64,000 nt of DNA from Hyaloraphidium curvatum SAG 235-1 (lineage: Eukaryota; Fungi; Monoblepharomycota), in contig JAIVFI010000015.1 of NCBI GenBank assembly GCA_025558095.1, positions 62,001 to 126,000 on the forward strand. The letters run 5' to 3'. Both the position numbers and the translations under genes were made by a program. Of this stretch, positions 22,607-34,500 are shown in pieces. The notes under the pieces are model-generated. The model was not told the origin of the DNA, searched no databases, and saw nothing but the letters and a program-made list of their open reading frames with translations. Numbering within the stretch: position 1 is the stretch's first letter; each line of letters begins with the position of its first letter.

Positions 22607-22755
22607 TAGTGCGTCCCCGTGTGAGAATCTATCTCGTCTAGCACCCGGTAGCGCTCATGGCCGTGCCGATCTGATACTGGTGGGCTTGGGGTGACATTCA
22701 CGTAGTGCGAGCACATTCAATGAGGCTACACCTGCAGCATCTCGAGCACGACGTG

Positions 22756-23358
22756 TTACCATGAAGCGATGCCAGCCCCCGTCCTATCCGCCCACTCTTC
22801 CCGCAGCATGCTGAACATCATCATGTCCGCCCGCCCCCCCTCGACGTCAAGCACCTCGGACCGCATCGTCCCCTCGAACGTCAGCCCGCCCTTCTCCGCC
22901 ACCCTCGCGCTGGGCTTGTTGCGCGCGTCGCACCGCCAAAAGAGCCTTCGCCACGGCCATTCGTCCGAGAACCCCCATTCCAGAATAATGCGGAGCACCC
23001 GCGTCGCCAGCCCCTGCCCGGCGCGGTCCGCCGCAATCCACATCCCGATCTCCGCGGTGCAGTCCATCATGTCGCGCCCACGGAGGTGGAACCCCGTGCT
23101 CCCCGCGAGCTCACCACCGACCCATATCCCGAGCACAAACTCGCGGTGGGAGAGGTAATCCGCGCAGAACTTCCGGGCCGTGGATTCGGCCTCGGCGTCC
23201 GTCTGCTCGGGTTTCGCCCAGGGCATCCACGGGCGGAGGTGCTGGTACGACTTTGTGACGGCGGCGCGGAGCGCGGGGCCGTCGCCGGGGCGGTACGCGC
23301 GGAGGAGGATGTCCCCGTCGGCGCGCTCCAGGGGCGCAAGAAAAGGTTCCTGCGACAT
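22756..23358 (-). CDS. GNAT acetyltransferase, RimJ/RimL family, intronless
   Basis: HLRPWMPWA, AEIGMWI, GQGLAT, NKPSARVAEKGGLTFEG. Confidence 0.88.
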   Translation of the reverse strand: MSQEPFLAPLERADGDILLRAYRPGDGPALRAAVTKSYQHLRPWMPWAKPEQTDAEAESTARKFCADYLSHREFVLGIWVGGELAGSTGFHLRGRDMMDCTAEIGMWIAADRAGQGLATRVLRIILEWGFSDEWPWRRLFWRCDARNKPSARVAEKGGLTFEGTMRSEVLDVEGGRADMMMFSMLREEWADRTGAGIASW

Positions 23359-23766
23359 TGCGGCGGTTGTTGAAGCCCGATGAGGGAGTGGGGCGCGGAT
23401 CGCGGTGGAGCGGTGCTGTCTCAAAGGGCGCGGTGGCGCGGGCGGCGGGAGAACCCCTGGGAGACCCTCGAATCAACATCCGCTGGAGGGCGAGAGGCTT
23501 CCAAGACAACCTTGAGCATCATTCTCCGGACGAGTTCGGCCTCCATCTGCCTGCTGCTGGCGTCCATCCGCCCCGATCGCCCCCTCTGGCCCACAACTTT
23601 CGCAGCACCCGTCCCTCCTTGCCAAACGAATCCAACCGGAAAGCGGGCAAAACCGAAGCATACGGACGACAATGACATGACAAGACTCGTCCTACACACA
23701 ACATTATGTGTCCAAGTCCCTCCTCGGTCTCGGCCCCCTCGGGCCTCATCCCCCCCCTGCCGCCAT

Positions 23767-26057
23767 CTACGCCTCCACCGCGTCCTCGTCCCCGTACCCG
23801 TCGCCCTCCCCGTCCCCCCCGTCGGCGAGGCAGTGCACCCTGCGCCCCTGGTCGTCCGTCTTTTCGTGCCGGCGGAGGGCGTCCATGCGCGCGAAGCCCT
23901 TGCCGCAGCGGTCGCAGCGGTGCGGTTTGGTGCCCGAGTGCACGCGCTCGTGGCTGCGCGGGCGGAGCGAGCGTCAGAAGGGGAGCGAAATGGGAAGGAA
24001 GGGGCAACCCACCGGGTGAGGTCATGGTTCCGCGTGAAGGCCTGCCCGCACGAGCCGCACACGAACGGCCTGTGGTTGTCGTGCGTCCTGACGTGGCTCT
24101 TGAGGTTGTACAGCCGGTTGAAGCTCCGGTCGCACGTCGGGCAGGTGAAGGTCGCGGCGGCCGAGCTGCCCCCCGATCCCGAAGAGTCCTCCGACCCGGA
24201 CTCCCCGGGGCGCACCTTGCGCGGGCGCCCGCGCTTGCGCGGCGCCATGGCGAAGCTGCTGAACAGGGCCTCGTAGTTGCTGCTCGCCCCCGGGGGCGGC
24301 GGCACCGCGCCCCTCTTGCCCTGCCCGCCCCCCGGCGGCGAAGCCGACTGCCTGCCCGGCGCGACGGCGATCCCGAAGTCTGCCTTGCCCAGCGCCGGCT
24401 TGGGCTTCTTCTTCTTGCGGTGCATGAGCGGCACCGCGTCGCCCGTCCCGCCGGGGTGGTGGAACGGCATCTCCCCGCCGAGCTCGGGCACGGGCATCAG
24501 CACCCTGCCCCCGTACTCGGGCTCGGGCGACGGAGTGGTGGCGTACCCGTCGCCGTAGAAGCCGGGGTCGGCCGAGAGCAGCCCGAAGCCCTGCAGGTCG
24601 TCGGGGATGCCCTGCCCGCGGAGGCTCAGGGCGGTGGCGGACGAGGCGTGCGACAGGGCGGGGGAGGTGGCGACGCTGGCGGTCGAGGATGGGGGGGAGG
24701 TGCGCTGCTCGTTGGCGGAGAAGGCGGTGTGGTTGGAGCTCGAGGTGCGGCGGTGCGCGTGCGTGCGGCGGGCCGAGGAGGGGGGGAGCTGCAGGCCGGC
24801 CGGGAGGGAGCCGGAGGAGGAGGCCGAGGAAGGGCGGCGACCGATCAAGGCGGGGGGCGGGGCGAGGGTCTGCATGCCCGCCGGCGGGGCCACGCCGATG
24901 CCGACGCCGGGGGGGAGGTACTCGGGCAGCGGGCCGGCCGCTGTTCCGGGCACGTTGTACGACCGCCCGTCGACGGTCTGGATGGTCCAAAACATGGTCG
25001 GCTGCTGGCCCGCCTGGGGCTGCAGCTGGTGGTGCACGAAGCCCTGGGGCACCTGGTGCTGTCCGCCGAGGAACTGCGGCGGCGCCGCGGCGGCAACGCC
25101 CCCGGGACCTGTGCTCACCGTCATCATCACGAACCCCTCGCGGCCCCCTTGCATGCCCAGCATGTCGGGCCTGATGCCCAGCGCCGACTCGGGCACGGTG
25201 CCGGCGACGATGCCGGCCATGCCGTTGGGGAGCTGCACGAGCTGGTGCAGCTGCGGGTGCTGCATGAGCTGCACCGGGACGCCCGCGGTCGGGTTGGGTG
25301 AGGCCTCGGCGGCGTCTGCGGAGGAGGCGGCGGAGGGGGCGGCCGAGGGCTCGCGCTCGAGGGCAAGCAGGCCGGCGGAAAAGTCGGCCAGCATGAGCGG
25401 GCTGCCCGAGAGGCCCGAGGGGAGCGAGGCAAAGGTGAACTGCTGCGGGCTCGGGGGGCCGGGGGAGACGCGGAGGCCGCCCAGCACGGGGTCGAAGAAG
25501 CCGTACGGCTGGCGCAGCATGCCCTGAAAACCGCCAAACGACGAAGTGTCCCCGGGCGAGGCGGGAGAGGGCGGGGGAGCAGGGGGCGGAACGGCGGCGT
25601 CCTGTGGCACCAGCACGATCTGGGCCTCGCCGCTGGCCACGGCGGCGGCCAGGTGCGCGGGCAGCGACAGGGTGAGCGGGTTGCCGCCGGCGGGGTTGGC
25701 GACGGTGACGGTCTGCGTCTGCTCGTGCGCCGGGTCGGGCGACGGCGGCAGGGCGAACGGCGAGTAGCCGCCGAAGCCGTGCGGCGGCGTGAAGCCGGGC
25801 AGGAAGTGCGGGTCCGCCGCGGCGTCGTCGTCGTCTGCCGCGGGCTCGACGCTGACGGCGATGGCCGGCCGCGCGGTGCCCCGCGGGGTTTCGGGCGACG
25901 ACTCCTCGCCGCGGCCGGCCGCCGGCCTGCGCAGCGGGAGGTGCGCGGCGCGCGGCGTCGACGGTTCGCTCTCGCCGTCCGCCGCGTAGCCGCCCGCCGC
26001 CGCCGCGTCGGCCGCCGCCTCGCCCGCCGCGCCGAGCGCGCCGCCGGGGGAACTCAT
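23767..26057 (-). CDS. C2H2 zinc-finger transcription factor, Crz1-like
   Basis: FNRLYNLKSHVRTHDNHRPFVC..CGQAFTRNHDLTR, intron, then HERVHSGTKPHRCDRCGKGFARMDALRRH…C. Also a PAIAVS (PxIxIT-like) motif and an AT-hook RKRGRPRK. Stop TAG at 23767-23769. Confidence 0.8.
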
Positions 26058-26752
26058 CGCCGCGGCAGCACCGCCTGGCAGAGGGGGGAGGGCGGGCGGG
26101 GAAAAGCGAGAATTGTGGGGACGTCCAATAACAACGGGCCGCCCGGGGCAGAGTCCGCGGGAATGCAAAGCGCCCGCTCCGCGGAGCGCAAAACGCACGC
26201 CGGCGGCGGGGTTCCCGGGGCTGCGCGGGCGCGAGGGTGGCGTGCCTTGTGCGTGCGTTCCGGTTCGGGGGAGCGGGAAGGTCCAAAAGACGCAAACCCG
26301 GGGCCCCGGGTCCCTTTGCCACCGCAATCGATCCCCCTCGCCCGTCAGAGCGCTGACGGACCCAAAGTCGGTTTGGCCGACGCGGAAATGGTACAAAACA
26401 ATGATGTATGCATTGAGATGTTGGATACAGGAGGGATGGCGGTCGCCGGGACCCAAAGCCACGCACCGCCAACCCGACCGTCGATATCGCATCGCGCCCG
26501 CTGTACAGCTCTGTACCCCGCCGAAACAACCAGAAAATGTGAACAATGAACGAATGTCGTCAAAGAATGTCCGTAACGTCGGAAGGGGAAATTTGTAGGG
26601 GTTTCCAAGTCGGGCAGGGCAGCCCAAACGAGAGGCAAAGGAGAGGGTCCGAAAGCGTCCGAGTCCACATCCGCGGCCAGCATGTGGCTCCACGGTCCAC
26701 GAAAGTCACACTGAGGTCCGGTGCGGTCGATCCGGTCCCGCTCAGGAGGGCT

Positions 26753-27463
26753 TCAGAAGTGGCGGCGCCGCCTCCGCCCCTCCCCGACGGGAACCAGCAC
26801 CGTGTGTCCGCCCACCATCCTGACGACGGCGACCCTGGTGCTCCTCATGCTCTCCGCCTCCGCGTGCACCTCCTCGGGGGTGTAGGCCGGCGCCTCCGCC
26901 GCCTCCACGCGGTGCCTGAAGCGCCTCCCGTGCACGCACCCAGGATGCCCGCCCCCGGCCGCAAAGTGTGCCCACTCCCCGCCCCTTCCAGCGACGCGCA
27001 TCACCCGCACCCTGCTCTCGACCTGCTCCCCGCCGTCGGCGGAGCTCTCGACGCGGAAGTACCCTCCCCCGACCACCTTCCCGTCCACGACGGTCAGGCT
27101 GCCCCCCTCGCTCCATCCGCCCCCCTCCGCCGCCCACCGCAGCTCCATCTCCCCGCCCGGCACCTCCGCCGCCCGCGGCACCTCCCGCGCCCTCCACCGC
27201 GCCCCGGCCGCCCCGCCCGCGAGGAACGACGCCACCAGCACCAACAGGAACGTCGCCGCGAACGCCCTCAACCACGCCGGCGGCCTGCTCCCCCCCTTCC
27301 CTTCCCGCGCGCACTTGCCGTGCCCGGCGTACGGCGGCGGCCTGTCCCCGTCGCCTTCGTAGGGGGGAGGCGGGGGGGACGGCGTCTCGTACCGCGGCGG
27401 GGGGCTGTCCGGGCGCTGCTCCGCGCTCGGGGGTGGCATCGCGGTGGGGTTGAAGGCGCACAT
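26753..27463 (-). CDS. Hypothetical single-pass membrane protein with PPxY motifs
   Basis: PPRY, PPPY and PPPY motifs followed by one hydrophobic segment. Confidence 0.55.
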   Translation of the reverse strand: MCAFNPTAMPPPSAEQRPDSPPPRYETPSPPPPPYEGDGDRPPPYAGHGKCAREGKGGSRPPAWLRAFAATFLLVLVASFLAGGAAGARWRAREVPRAAEVPGGEMELRWAAEGGGWSEGGSLTVVDGKVVGGGYFRVESSADGGEQVESRVRVMRVAGRGGEWAHFAAGGGHPGCVHGRRFRHRVEAAEAPAYTPEEVHAEAESMRSTRVAVVRMVGGHTVLVPVGEGRRRRRHF

Positions 27464-27779
27464 CGGGCCGCGGAGGGCGCCCGGATATGAGGATGCGCGC
27501 GTTTCGAGAGGTTTCCGGGAGGCACAGCTAGTCAGCTAGTAGGGGGTCTAAGGATCGCCGTGACTAGGCGGAAAACGCTAACGCTAGAGCGAGGCGCACG
27601 AGGACGATCGGGAGGCAAGGAGCTCAAAGTAAACTCATTCGATTTGAAAGGCCATCGGCAAGGTAACTCTGGTCAGGCCGGGGACATCTTGACCCCTCCG
27701 GACTGACCTCATCTGGTGCCAACCTCGAAACAGGACTTTGCCTGCTGTTTTTTTGATTTGCAGTGCAGAAACGGCACGT

Positions 27780-29043
27780 CTACAGCGGCTTCTGAGCCCG
27801 CGAGTTGTGCGTCCCCTGCATGCCCTGGTAGCGATCGCCCTTGGCCGCCGGCACCGCCGCCTCGATCGCCTTGACGTCCTCGGCCGTCAGCCTGTTGGCC
27901 ACCTCCACGGCGCCCATGTTCTCCAGCGCGCGCTTGGTCGCCTTGGACCCCGGGATCGGGAAGACGTCGTCTCCCTGCTTGAGCAGCCACGCCAGGGCGA
28001 GCTGCGCCGGCGTCGCGCCGAGCTTGTCGGCCAGGGCACGCAGCGAGGCCCCGGCCTCGGCATTGGCCTTGAAGGTGTCTTCCTGGAAGCGGGGCTGGCT
28101 CTTGCGCCTAAAGGGAACGACGGTGAGCGACCGAGCCTTCCACGGGGCTCCAAGCCACCCACCAATCTCCGTCGGGGAGCTCCTCGGGCTTGGAGAAAGT
28201 CTGCGACAGGAAGCCGCGGCCGAGCGGGCTGTATGCCACGATCGCGACGCCGAGCTCCCTCGCCGTCGGCACGATCTCGTCCTCGATGTCGCGGCTCTGC
28301 AGGCTCCACTCCATCTGGATCGCCGAGACGGGGTGCACCGCGTGCGCCTCGCGGAGCTCGGCGGCCGTGCACTCGGAGAGCCCGATGTGCTTGACCTTGC
28401 CCTCGGCGACGAGCGCCTTGAGGGTCTTGGCGACATCGGCCATGGGCACGAGCGGGTCCACGCGGTGCTGGTAGTACAAATCGATGTGGTCGGTGCCCAG
28501 GCGCTTGAGCGAGTCGGCGATCTGGTTGCGGATGTTCTCCTCGGAAGAATCGGCCCGGCCGAGCTTGGGGTTGAAGCCGAACTTGGTGGCCAGGAAGAAC
28601 TTGTCGCGGCCGTGCTTGGCGACGGCCTTGCCCACGAGCGTCTCGTTGTGCGCTCCACTCGGATGCGAGTAAATCCAGGCACTATCGACATGGAGCTTCT
28701 CGGGCTTGCAGAACTCGATGAGCGCGTCGAAGGTCGCGAGGGAGTCGGCTTCGGTCGCGGCAGGGTCTGGCAGGCGAAGCCAATCAGCGACGATGTTCCG
28801 GCAAAAAGGGAAGAAAGATGCACTTATGGCGTGCTACAGGGGCCGAAGACCCGACCGCCAGAGCACGAACTTCACGCGTCCTGACCGCGCCCGAACGTCC
28901 CCCGTCTTCCACCACGTCTCCCGACGTCCTCCGGCCATCCAGAACGCACCTGGGTTGTAAAAGGCTGTCATTCCCATAGCTCCGATCCCAATTCGCCCGA
29001 CCTGAGGTCCATTCTTGCCGAGGGGGCGCGTTTCCATGGGCAT
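27780..29043 (-). CDS. Aldo/keto reductase (YakC/pyridoxal-reductase-like)
   Basis: RPLGKNGPQVGRIGIGAMGM, ATKFG, IDLYYQHR, KHIGLSE, AYSPLGRG, PIPG. Introns at 28767-28949 and about 28108-28161. Confidence 0.92.
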
Positions 29044-29276
29044 GTTTGCGGGTTTGGGAGGCGGGGGGCGTCATCGCGCGGCCCGCCAGAACTGCCGTGG
29101 CCGCCTCGAACATGGAACAACTCCGGCGTTGCAACACTTTCGAACGCGCGGCATTTAGCTGTTCATTCTATGGCGCCTCATGGATGGATCGGCAACGCCA
29201 TCGAAACGCGTGATTGAACATCCATCGGTACTTCGGAGCGCTACCCATGGAGATATACTTTTGCGTCGTAGCTAGC

Positions 29277-29355
29277 ATGCCCTGGAAACGCGCCCCTCGG
29301 CAAGAATGGACCTCAGGTCGGGCGGATTGGGATCGGAGCCATGGGAATGACTGCC
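29277..29355 (+). repeat. Inverted duplicate of AKR exon 1 (pseudo-exon)
   Basis: Matches the reverse complement of 28963-29043 with two 1-nt deletions and three third-position substitutions. Confidence 0.9.
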
Positions 29356-29644
29356 ATTCGGTCTGTCGTCGAAGCTACATGTGACAGACCCAGACCGGGG
29401 AATAGTCTGGAATGTCCGCCGTGAGGCGAAAGGAAAGGAGGCCAACGAGGTGTAGTGACGCCTGATTCCTGGCGAGGCGCAGCCAATCAGAAGGCTATCG
29501 AAGGTTGTCAGCGGACCCTCGAGACGTCGTCTACGTCCCAATCCACGAGTGAATCTGGGTACTGAGGCATCCCACGTAATGTGTCCTCGGCAGCCCTGGT
29601 CTGGGTCTGCCACATACACGTCATTGAATCTACCCAGCTTGTCA

Positions 29645-30861
29645 TCAGAGGGCCGCCTTGGGGCCGCCAGGAGCGCAGGGGAGGCTGCCGACAAACTCCA
29701 GCATCGACTTGTTGAAGGCCTCGGGCGCCTCCTGCTGCAGCCTGCAGGCCAGAACCAGAGTAAGAATCGTCAGCATCGCTCCCTTACGATCAACCCACCA
29801 GTGACCGGCTCCTGGGATCAGCACCACGTCCCTCAGCCCCGGCACGTAGTTCTTCATCTGCTCGAATCCCTTGATCCCGCCCGCGAGCACGACGAAAGGA
29901 TCCTCGGCCCCGCACACGAACCGTACCGGCATCGTGATCCTCGACGGCGGGAAGGCCCGCATCAGGTGGTGGTTGGGGTCCATGTTACGATACCAGCCGA
30001 GCGGGCCGTAGAATCCGGATTCGGTGAAGGCCCGCACGTAGTTGTCGAGCTCGGCGTCGGTGCACCACGCCGGCGGCTTGCCGTCGGGCGACTTGACGAG
30101 CAGGTCCGCGTACTTCGTCTTCTCCTTCGGCCGGGCCTCGTGCGCTGCCGCCGGCCGCTTGGAGCTCGGCCCAGAAGCCGAGTAAAGCGAATCGAGCATC
30201 GTTTTGCGGATGTCCGCCTCCAGCTCGGCCTCGGGCTCGTCGGGGCGGTTGAAGTAGACAATGTACATGAACTTGCCGCCATAAGCCTTGCGCAGGCTCT
30301 CGACCGGAGGAGAATCAGAGACGGAGATGGCGCTCGAGGCAGTCAGCGCGCCGTGGGCCCGTTCAGGGAAGAGCCGGAGGAGAGACCACACGACATTTGC
30401 TCCCCAGTCGTGCCCAATGAAGACGGCTTTCGAGCTGCGACCAGCGATTTGATCGACGAGGCCGATGATGTCGCTGCAGAGGTTGTCGATGCGGTAGGAA
30501 GGCAGGTCCTTGGGCGAGCTGGAGCCCGCGTAACCGCGCTGGTCAGGCGCGATGGCGTGCCAGCCGGCGGCGGCGAGGGCGACTAGCTGGTGGCGCCACG
30601 CGTAGCTGAGCTGCAGGAGATTCGTGGCGGTTCAGAGGCAGAAACATGGGGGAGACGGGGTTCCGAGGCAGCAAACATGAGGGAGACGGGGTTCAGAGGC
30701 AGCAAAAGTGCGGGAAACTGCCCCGAACCCACGTCCGGGAAACCGTGGCAGCAGACCACCAGAGGCCGCCCTTTCTCGCCGGCTTCGAGCACATCGAGCT
30801 CGACGCCGTTGACCCGGTACCGATTCTGGACCACGCCGGCGGGGAGGTCCGTGTACTTCAT
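29645..30861 (-). CDS. Alpha/beta-hydrolase, soluble epoxide hydrolase family
   Basis: HGFPD, intron 30611-30732, then LSYAWRHQ; APDQRGY, GHDWGA, WYRN; GAGHW, second intron, then LQQEAP. Confidence 0.92.
30629..30707. repeat. Approximately 31-bp tandem repeat (about 2.5 copies) inside epoxide hydrolase intron 1
   Basis: ggttcagaggcagaaacatgggggagacgg / ggttccgaggcagcaaacatgagggagacgg / ggttcagaggcagcaaaa. Confidence 0.9.
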
Positions 30862-31589
30862 CTCGTCGTCGGTTGAATCGATCTGCCGACTTTTGAGACG
30901 CGCTCTCGCGCATCGTCAGCGATCACCTCGAACCCCACGCCGCGATGCCGGTGCCAAAGAGCGACCGCGAGTCAGGCTACGACTCTGTGCAGGGCACGCA
31001 CGAGACCAAGGGGTCCATGGAGGTCGGAGACGGCACCGACATCGGGATTTTCGGTCCCGATTGAAGGTGTCAGCAATCCCGACAGGGTTCGGCCGACAAG
31101 CAGGGCGGAGGACAGGGCGCAGCCGCAACGGGAAAGAAGGCCGGCGAAGAGACTGGACCGGCCGGGGAGGGACTCGGAGGGGCCGGGACGGCGCAGCTCG
31201 GGCCGAAGGAGCAGAAGCCTTCCGAGGGACAGAAGCTGGAGTGACGACCCGAGCGAGGTGAGCTACAACGCCTTTACAGTGAGCCTCGCTTATCATCTTC
31301 CATCCTGCCAGGCCTTACAGACGGTCGGAGAGGCAATGATGGCGATGGGGCCGCTTCTCATCGCAGCCAGAGCATCAGCGTGGAATAGATCTCTTCCTCT
31401 TTTGAGCTCCAGTCTTGAATCAGAGGCAAACTGATCTACTCGCCCTCCATCTAGGCACATACCAACCTTCTCCTTCGCTGCTTTAGCTAGCACGAGAAGC
31501 GGCCCTATGTGTCGTTCAATCGGTCACGGCTGCGCAACATCAAACTCTGCGATGCCCTGAATCCTTCCTCCTCCTCCTCCGACCCGGCC

Positions 31590-34500
31590 ATGAAGCGGCC
31601 GCGCTCCCAGTCACGTTCGCGCTCGCGGGACCGCGGCGATGGCCGGCGCCGGGCCGGGCGGGACAGCTCGCGAGACCGCGACCGGCGTCCCCGCGACGCT
31701 CCCCGCGATGAGCCCGGGCGGGGTTTCCGCTACCTGGCAGATGGCACGCGTGTGGCGGCAGATGAGGCTCCCACCGCGCGTCCTCCGAGGCCGCAGCGGG
31801 CCGAGCCGCGCTCGTCGTTCGGGATGCTGTGGCCTCCGCACGTCGACCGAGCCTTGTTCCACCCCACGGAGGGCTGCGAGGCCATAAAGCGCAACACGGC
31901 CGAGTACTACGACTTCAAGGACTTTTACGCCAAGTACGAGGAGGTGCGGAGGCGGAAGGGCGAGGCGCGCCCGCGGTTTAAGAGCCGCGAGGAGGAGGAC
32001 AACTGGCGCGAGTCGGACGTGCGCAAGGCCGTCGGCCTCTTCACGGCCTTTGCCGAGAAGAAGAAGCAGGAGCGGCGCGAGGAGATGGCCCGGCACCGCG
32101 CCAACCTGCCGATCACGCCGCTGCGGGACGAGATCGTGTCGCTGGTCGAGGGCGGCGACGCGCTCATCGTGCAGGGCGACACGGGATGCGGCAAGTCGAC
32201 GCAGGTGCCGCAGTTCCTGCTGGACAAGGCGATGAAGGTCCTCGTCTCGCAGCCCAGGCGGATAGCCTGCTACGGCCTCGCGAGGCGCGTTGCTGAGGAG
32301 CGAGGAGAGGAACGTGGCAGCGAGGTCGGCTACGCGGTCCGCTTCGTGCGGACCGCCAGCGCGGGCACCCGGCTCGTGTTTGCAACCGAGGGCGTCGTGG
32401 CCCGCATGCTCAACGGAGACGGGCTGGACGATTTCGACGTTGTAATTGTCGACGAGGTCCATGAGCGGCACCTCCAGGCGGACTTTCTCGTCGCGGCCCT
32501 TCGGGGAATCGTTCAGCGGCGCAAATCGACCGATAAGCCTCTGAAGGTCGTGCTCATGAGCGCGACCATGGACGCTGCCATGTGGTCTCGCTACTGGGGA
32601 AACTGCCCCGTCGTCGAGGTGAGTTGCTTCAAACCTGCTCCCGCTCACGAATCAACTCACCTTTTGCGCAGGTTCCGGGTCGCCTGCACCCCGTCCTGAT
32701 CCACTACCGCCCCCACCCCGAGCCCGACCGCAACCTCGTCGATCCCTCGACCGTCGAAGCCCGCCTCGCGCACCCGGTCGCGCAATCCGTCCCCGTGCAG
32801 CGGACCAAGTTCGACCCGGCGCCCTTCCTCCGCATCCTCGGCGAGATCGAGGCGCGCACCCCCTGGGCCGAACGCGGGGACCTCCTCGCGTTCCTCCCGG
32901 GCGCGCAGGAGATCGAGGCGCTGCACGCTGCCGTGGTCGAGTGGGCGCTGCAGAAGGCCCGCGAAAGGGGGGAGGACGCGACGGCCCCCGAAGACCCGGA
33001 CGGCGCCGAGGTGGGGAACTGGATTGTGCTGGAGCTGCATTCCGCTCTGCCCGTCGAGCGGCAGGAGCTGGCGTTCAGGCCGGCTCCCCAGGGGAGGAGG
33101 AAGCTCGTGCTGTCGACCAACATCGCCGAGACGTCGGTGACGCTGCCCGAGATCCGTTTCGTGATCGACTCGGGCCGCGTGAGGGAGATGGATTACCTCG
33201 GCGGGGTCGCAAGGCTGCGCGAGTTCTGGGTCTCCAGGGCCTCGGCGAGGCAGCGGGCCGGACGTGCAGGCAGAACGGGACCGGGGGAATGCTGGAGGCT
33301 TTGGAGCGAGGCGGAAGAGGCCGGCATGAACGAGTGGGGCGTCCCCGAGATCCTTCGAGTACCGCTCGATCAGGTGGTGCTCGACATGCTGGCCCTGGGT
33401 CTCGGCGATCCCTCATACTTTGAGTTCGTGGAGGTGGGATTGCTTGCACGACCTAATCCTGTCTTCGAATTACTCACCGTCTTTGGCAGAGGCCACCGCC
33501 TGACAGCATCCCAGGCGCCCTGTCCCGCCTTCGAATCCTCGGCGCCCTCCTCCCTCGCCAGAACCGCCCCGACCTCCTCACCCCCCTCGGACTCCTTCTC
33601 TCCCGCCTCCCGATCCACCCCGCCCTGGGCAAGATGCTCGCCCTCGCCGCCATCCTGTCGCGCGCCGCGGGCCCCGAGGTTCTCGAAAGCGTGCTCACCG
33701 TCGCCGCCGGCCTGTCGGTCCCCTCGCCGTTCCCCCGCAACGTGGACCCCGACGCGCGGCGGAGGCGGTCCCGGATCGAGAGCCCCGATGGGGATCTGGT
33801 GACGCTGCTGAACCTGTACGCGGGGTGGCTGGACGCGAGGGCGAGGGGGGAGAGGGGGTGGTGTCGCCGGATCGGCGCGGAGGAGCAGCGGATGTACGAG
33901 GTGACGAGGATGCGGGAGCAGTTTGCCGGGGTGTTGGGCGACGCGGGGGACGACGACGGTGCGGACGGGGAGGACGCGGATGGCGGACGCGATGGGCCTT
34001 CGAATGGCGGCGGCGGGCGAAAGCGCAGCAGGGCGTTTCGCTGGCTTCGCGGCCCCGGCGGAGAGGAGGAAGAAGAGGACAAGGAAGCACGACGAACCAG
34101 GCGGATGCAGAGGGAGGCACTGGATCGGCAGAGGCGCATGATGGCGGCGGAGAAGCCCAAGACGCTCGAAGTCGGCAAGACCGGGGACCAGGACGTGGCG
34201 ACTGACGGTCAGTCCCAGCTATGGTTGCGCGATCGTGCTTGCCCTGACAAGCTCTCGAACGAGAGACGTCACGAAGATGTCGATCCATGACCTCGAGTTT
34301 GCCTTGCGATACGGTGCCTCTGCTGCAGCGCTGCAGCGCAAGGCCGACGCGGCTTCCGTTTCGAACCTCAGCCCGTCGCAGCTCAACCTCGTCAAGCTCG
34401 TCTTCTGCTCCGGACTCTACCCGAACGTCGCCGTTGCCGACGAGGCCAACCCCCAGCGCCGCGAGGGGGAGCAGGCGTTCCACACCCGCTCCAAGAGGCT

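Noticed and set aside
16955-26693. Very long antisense or alternate-frame ORFs (721, 805, 835 aa and others)
   Set aside because: Arg/Pro/Gly-rich shadow ORFs expected from high GC3 opposite or overlapping real genes.
30629-30707. Approximately 31-bp repeats resembling a CRISPR array
   Set aside because: They are tandem with no unique spacers, lie inside a spliceosomal intron, and no cas genes are present.
30916-31493. Possible decayed gene or transposon between the epoxide hydrolase and DHX34
   Set aside because: No terminal repeats, transposase/RT motifs or coherent frame were seen.
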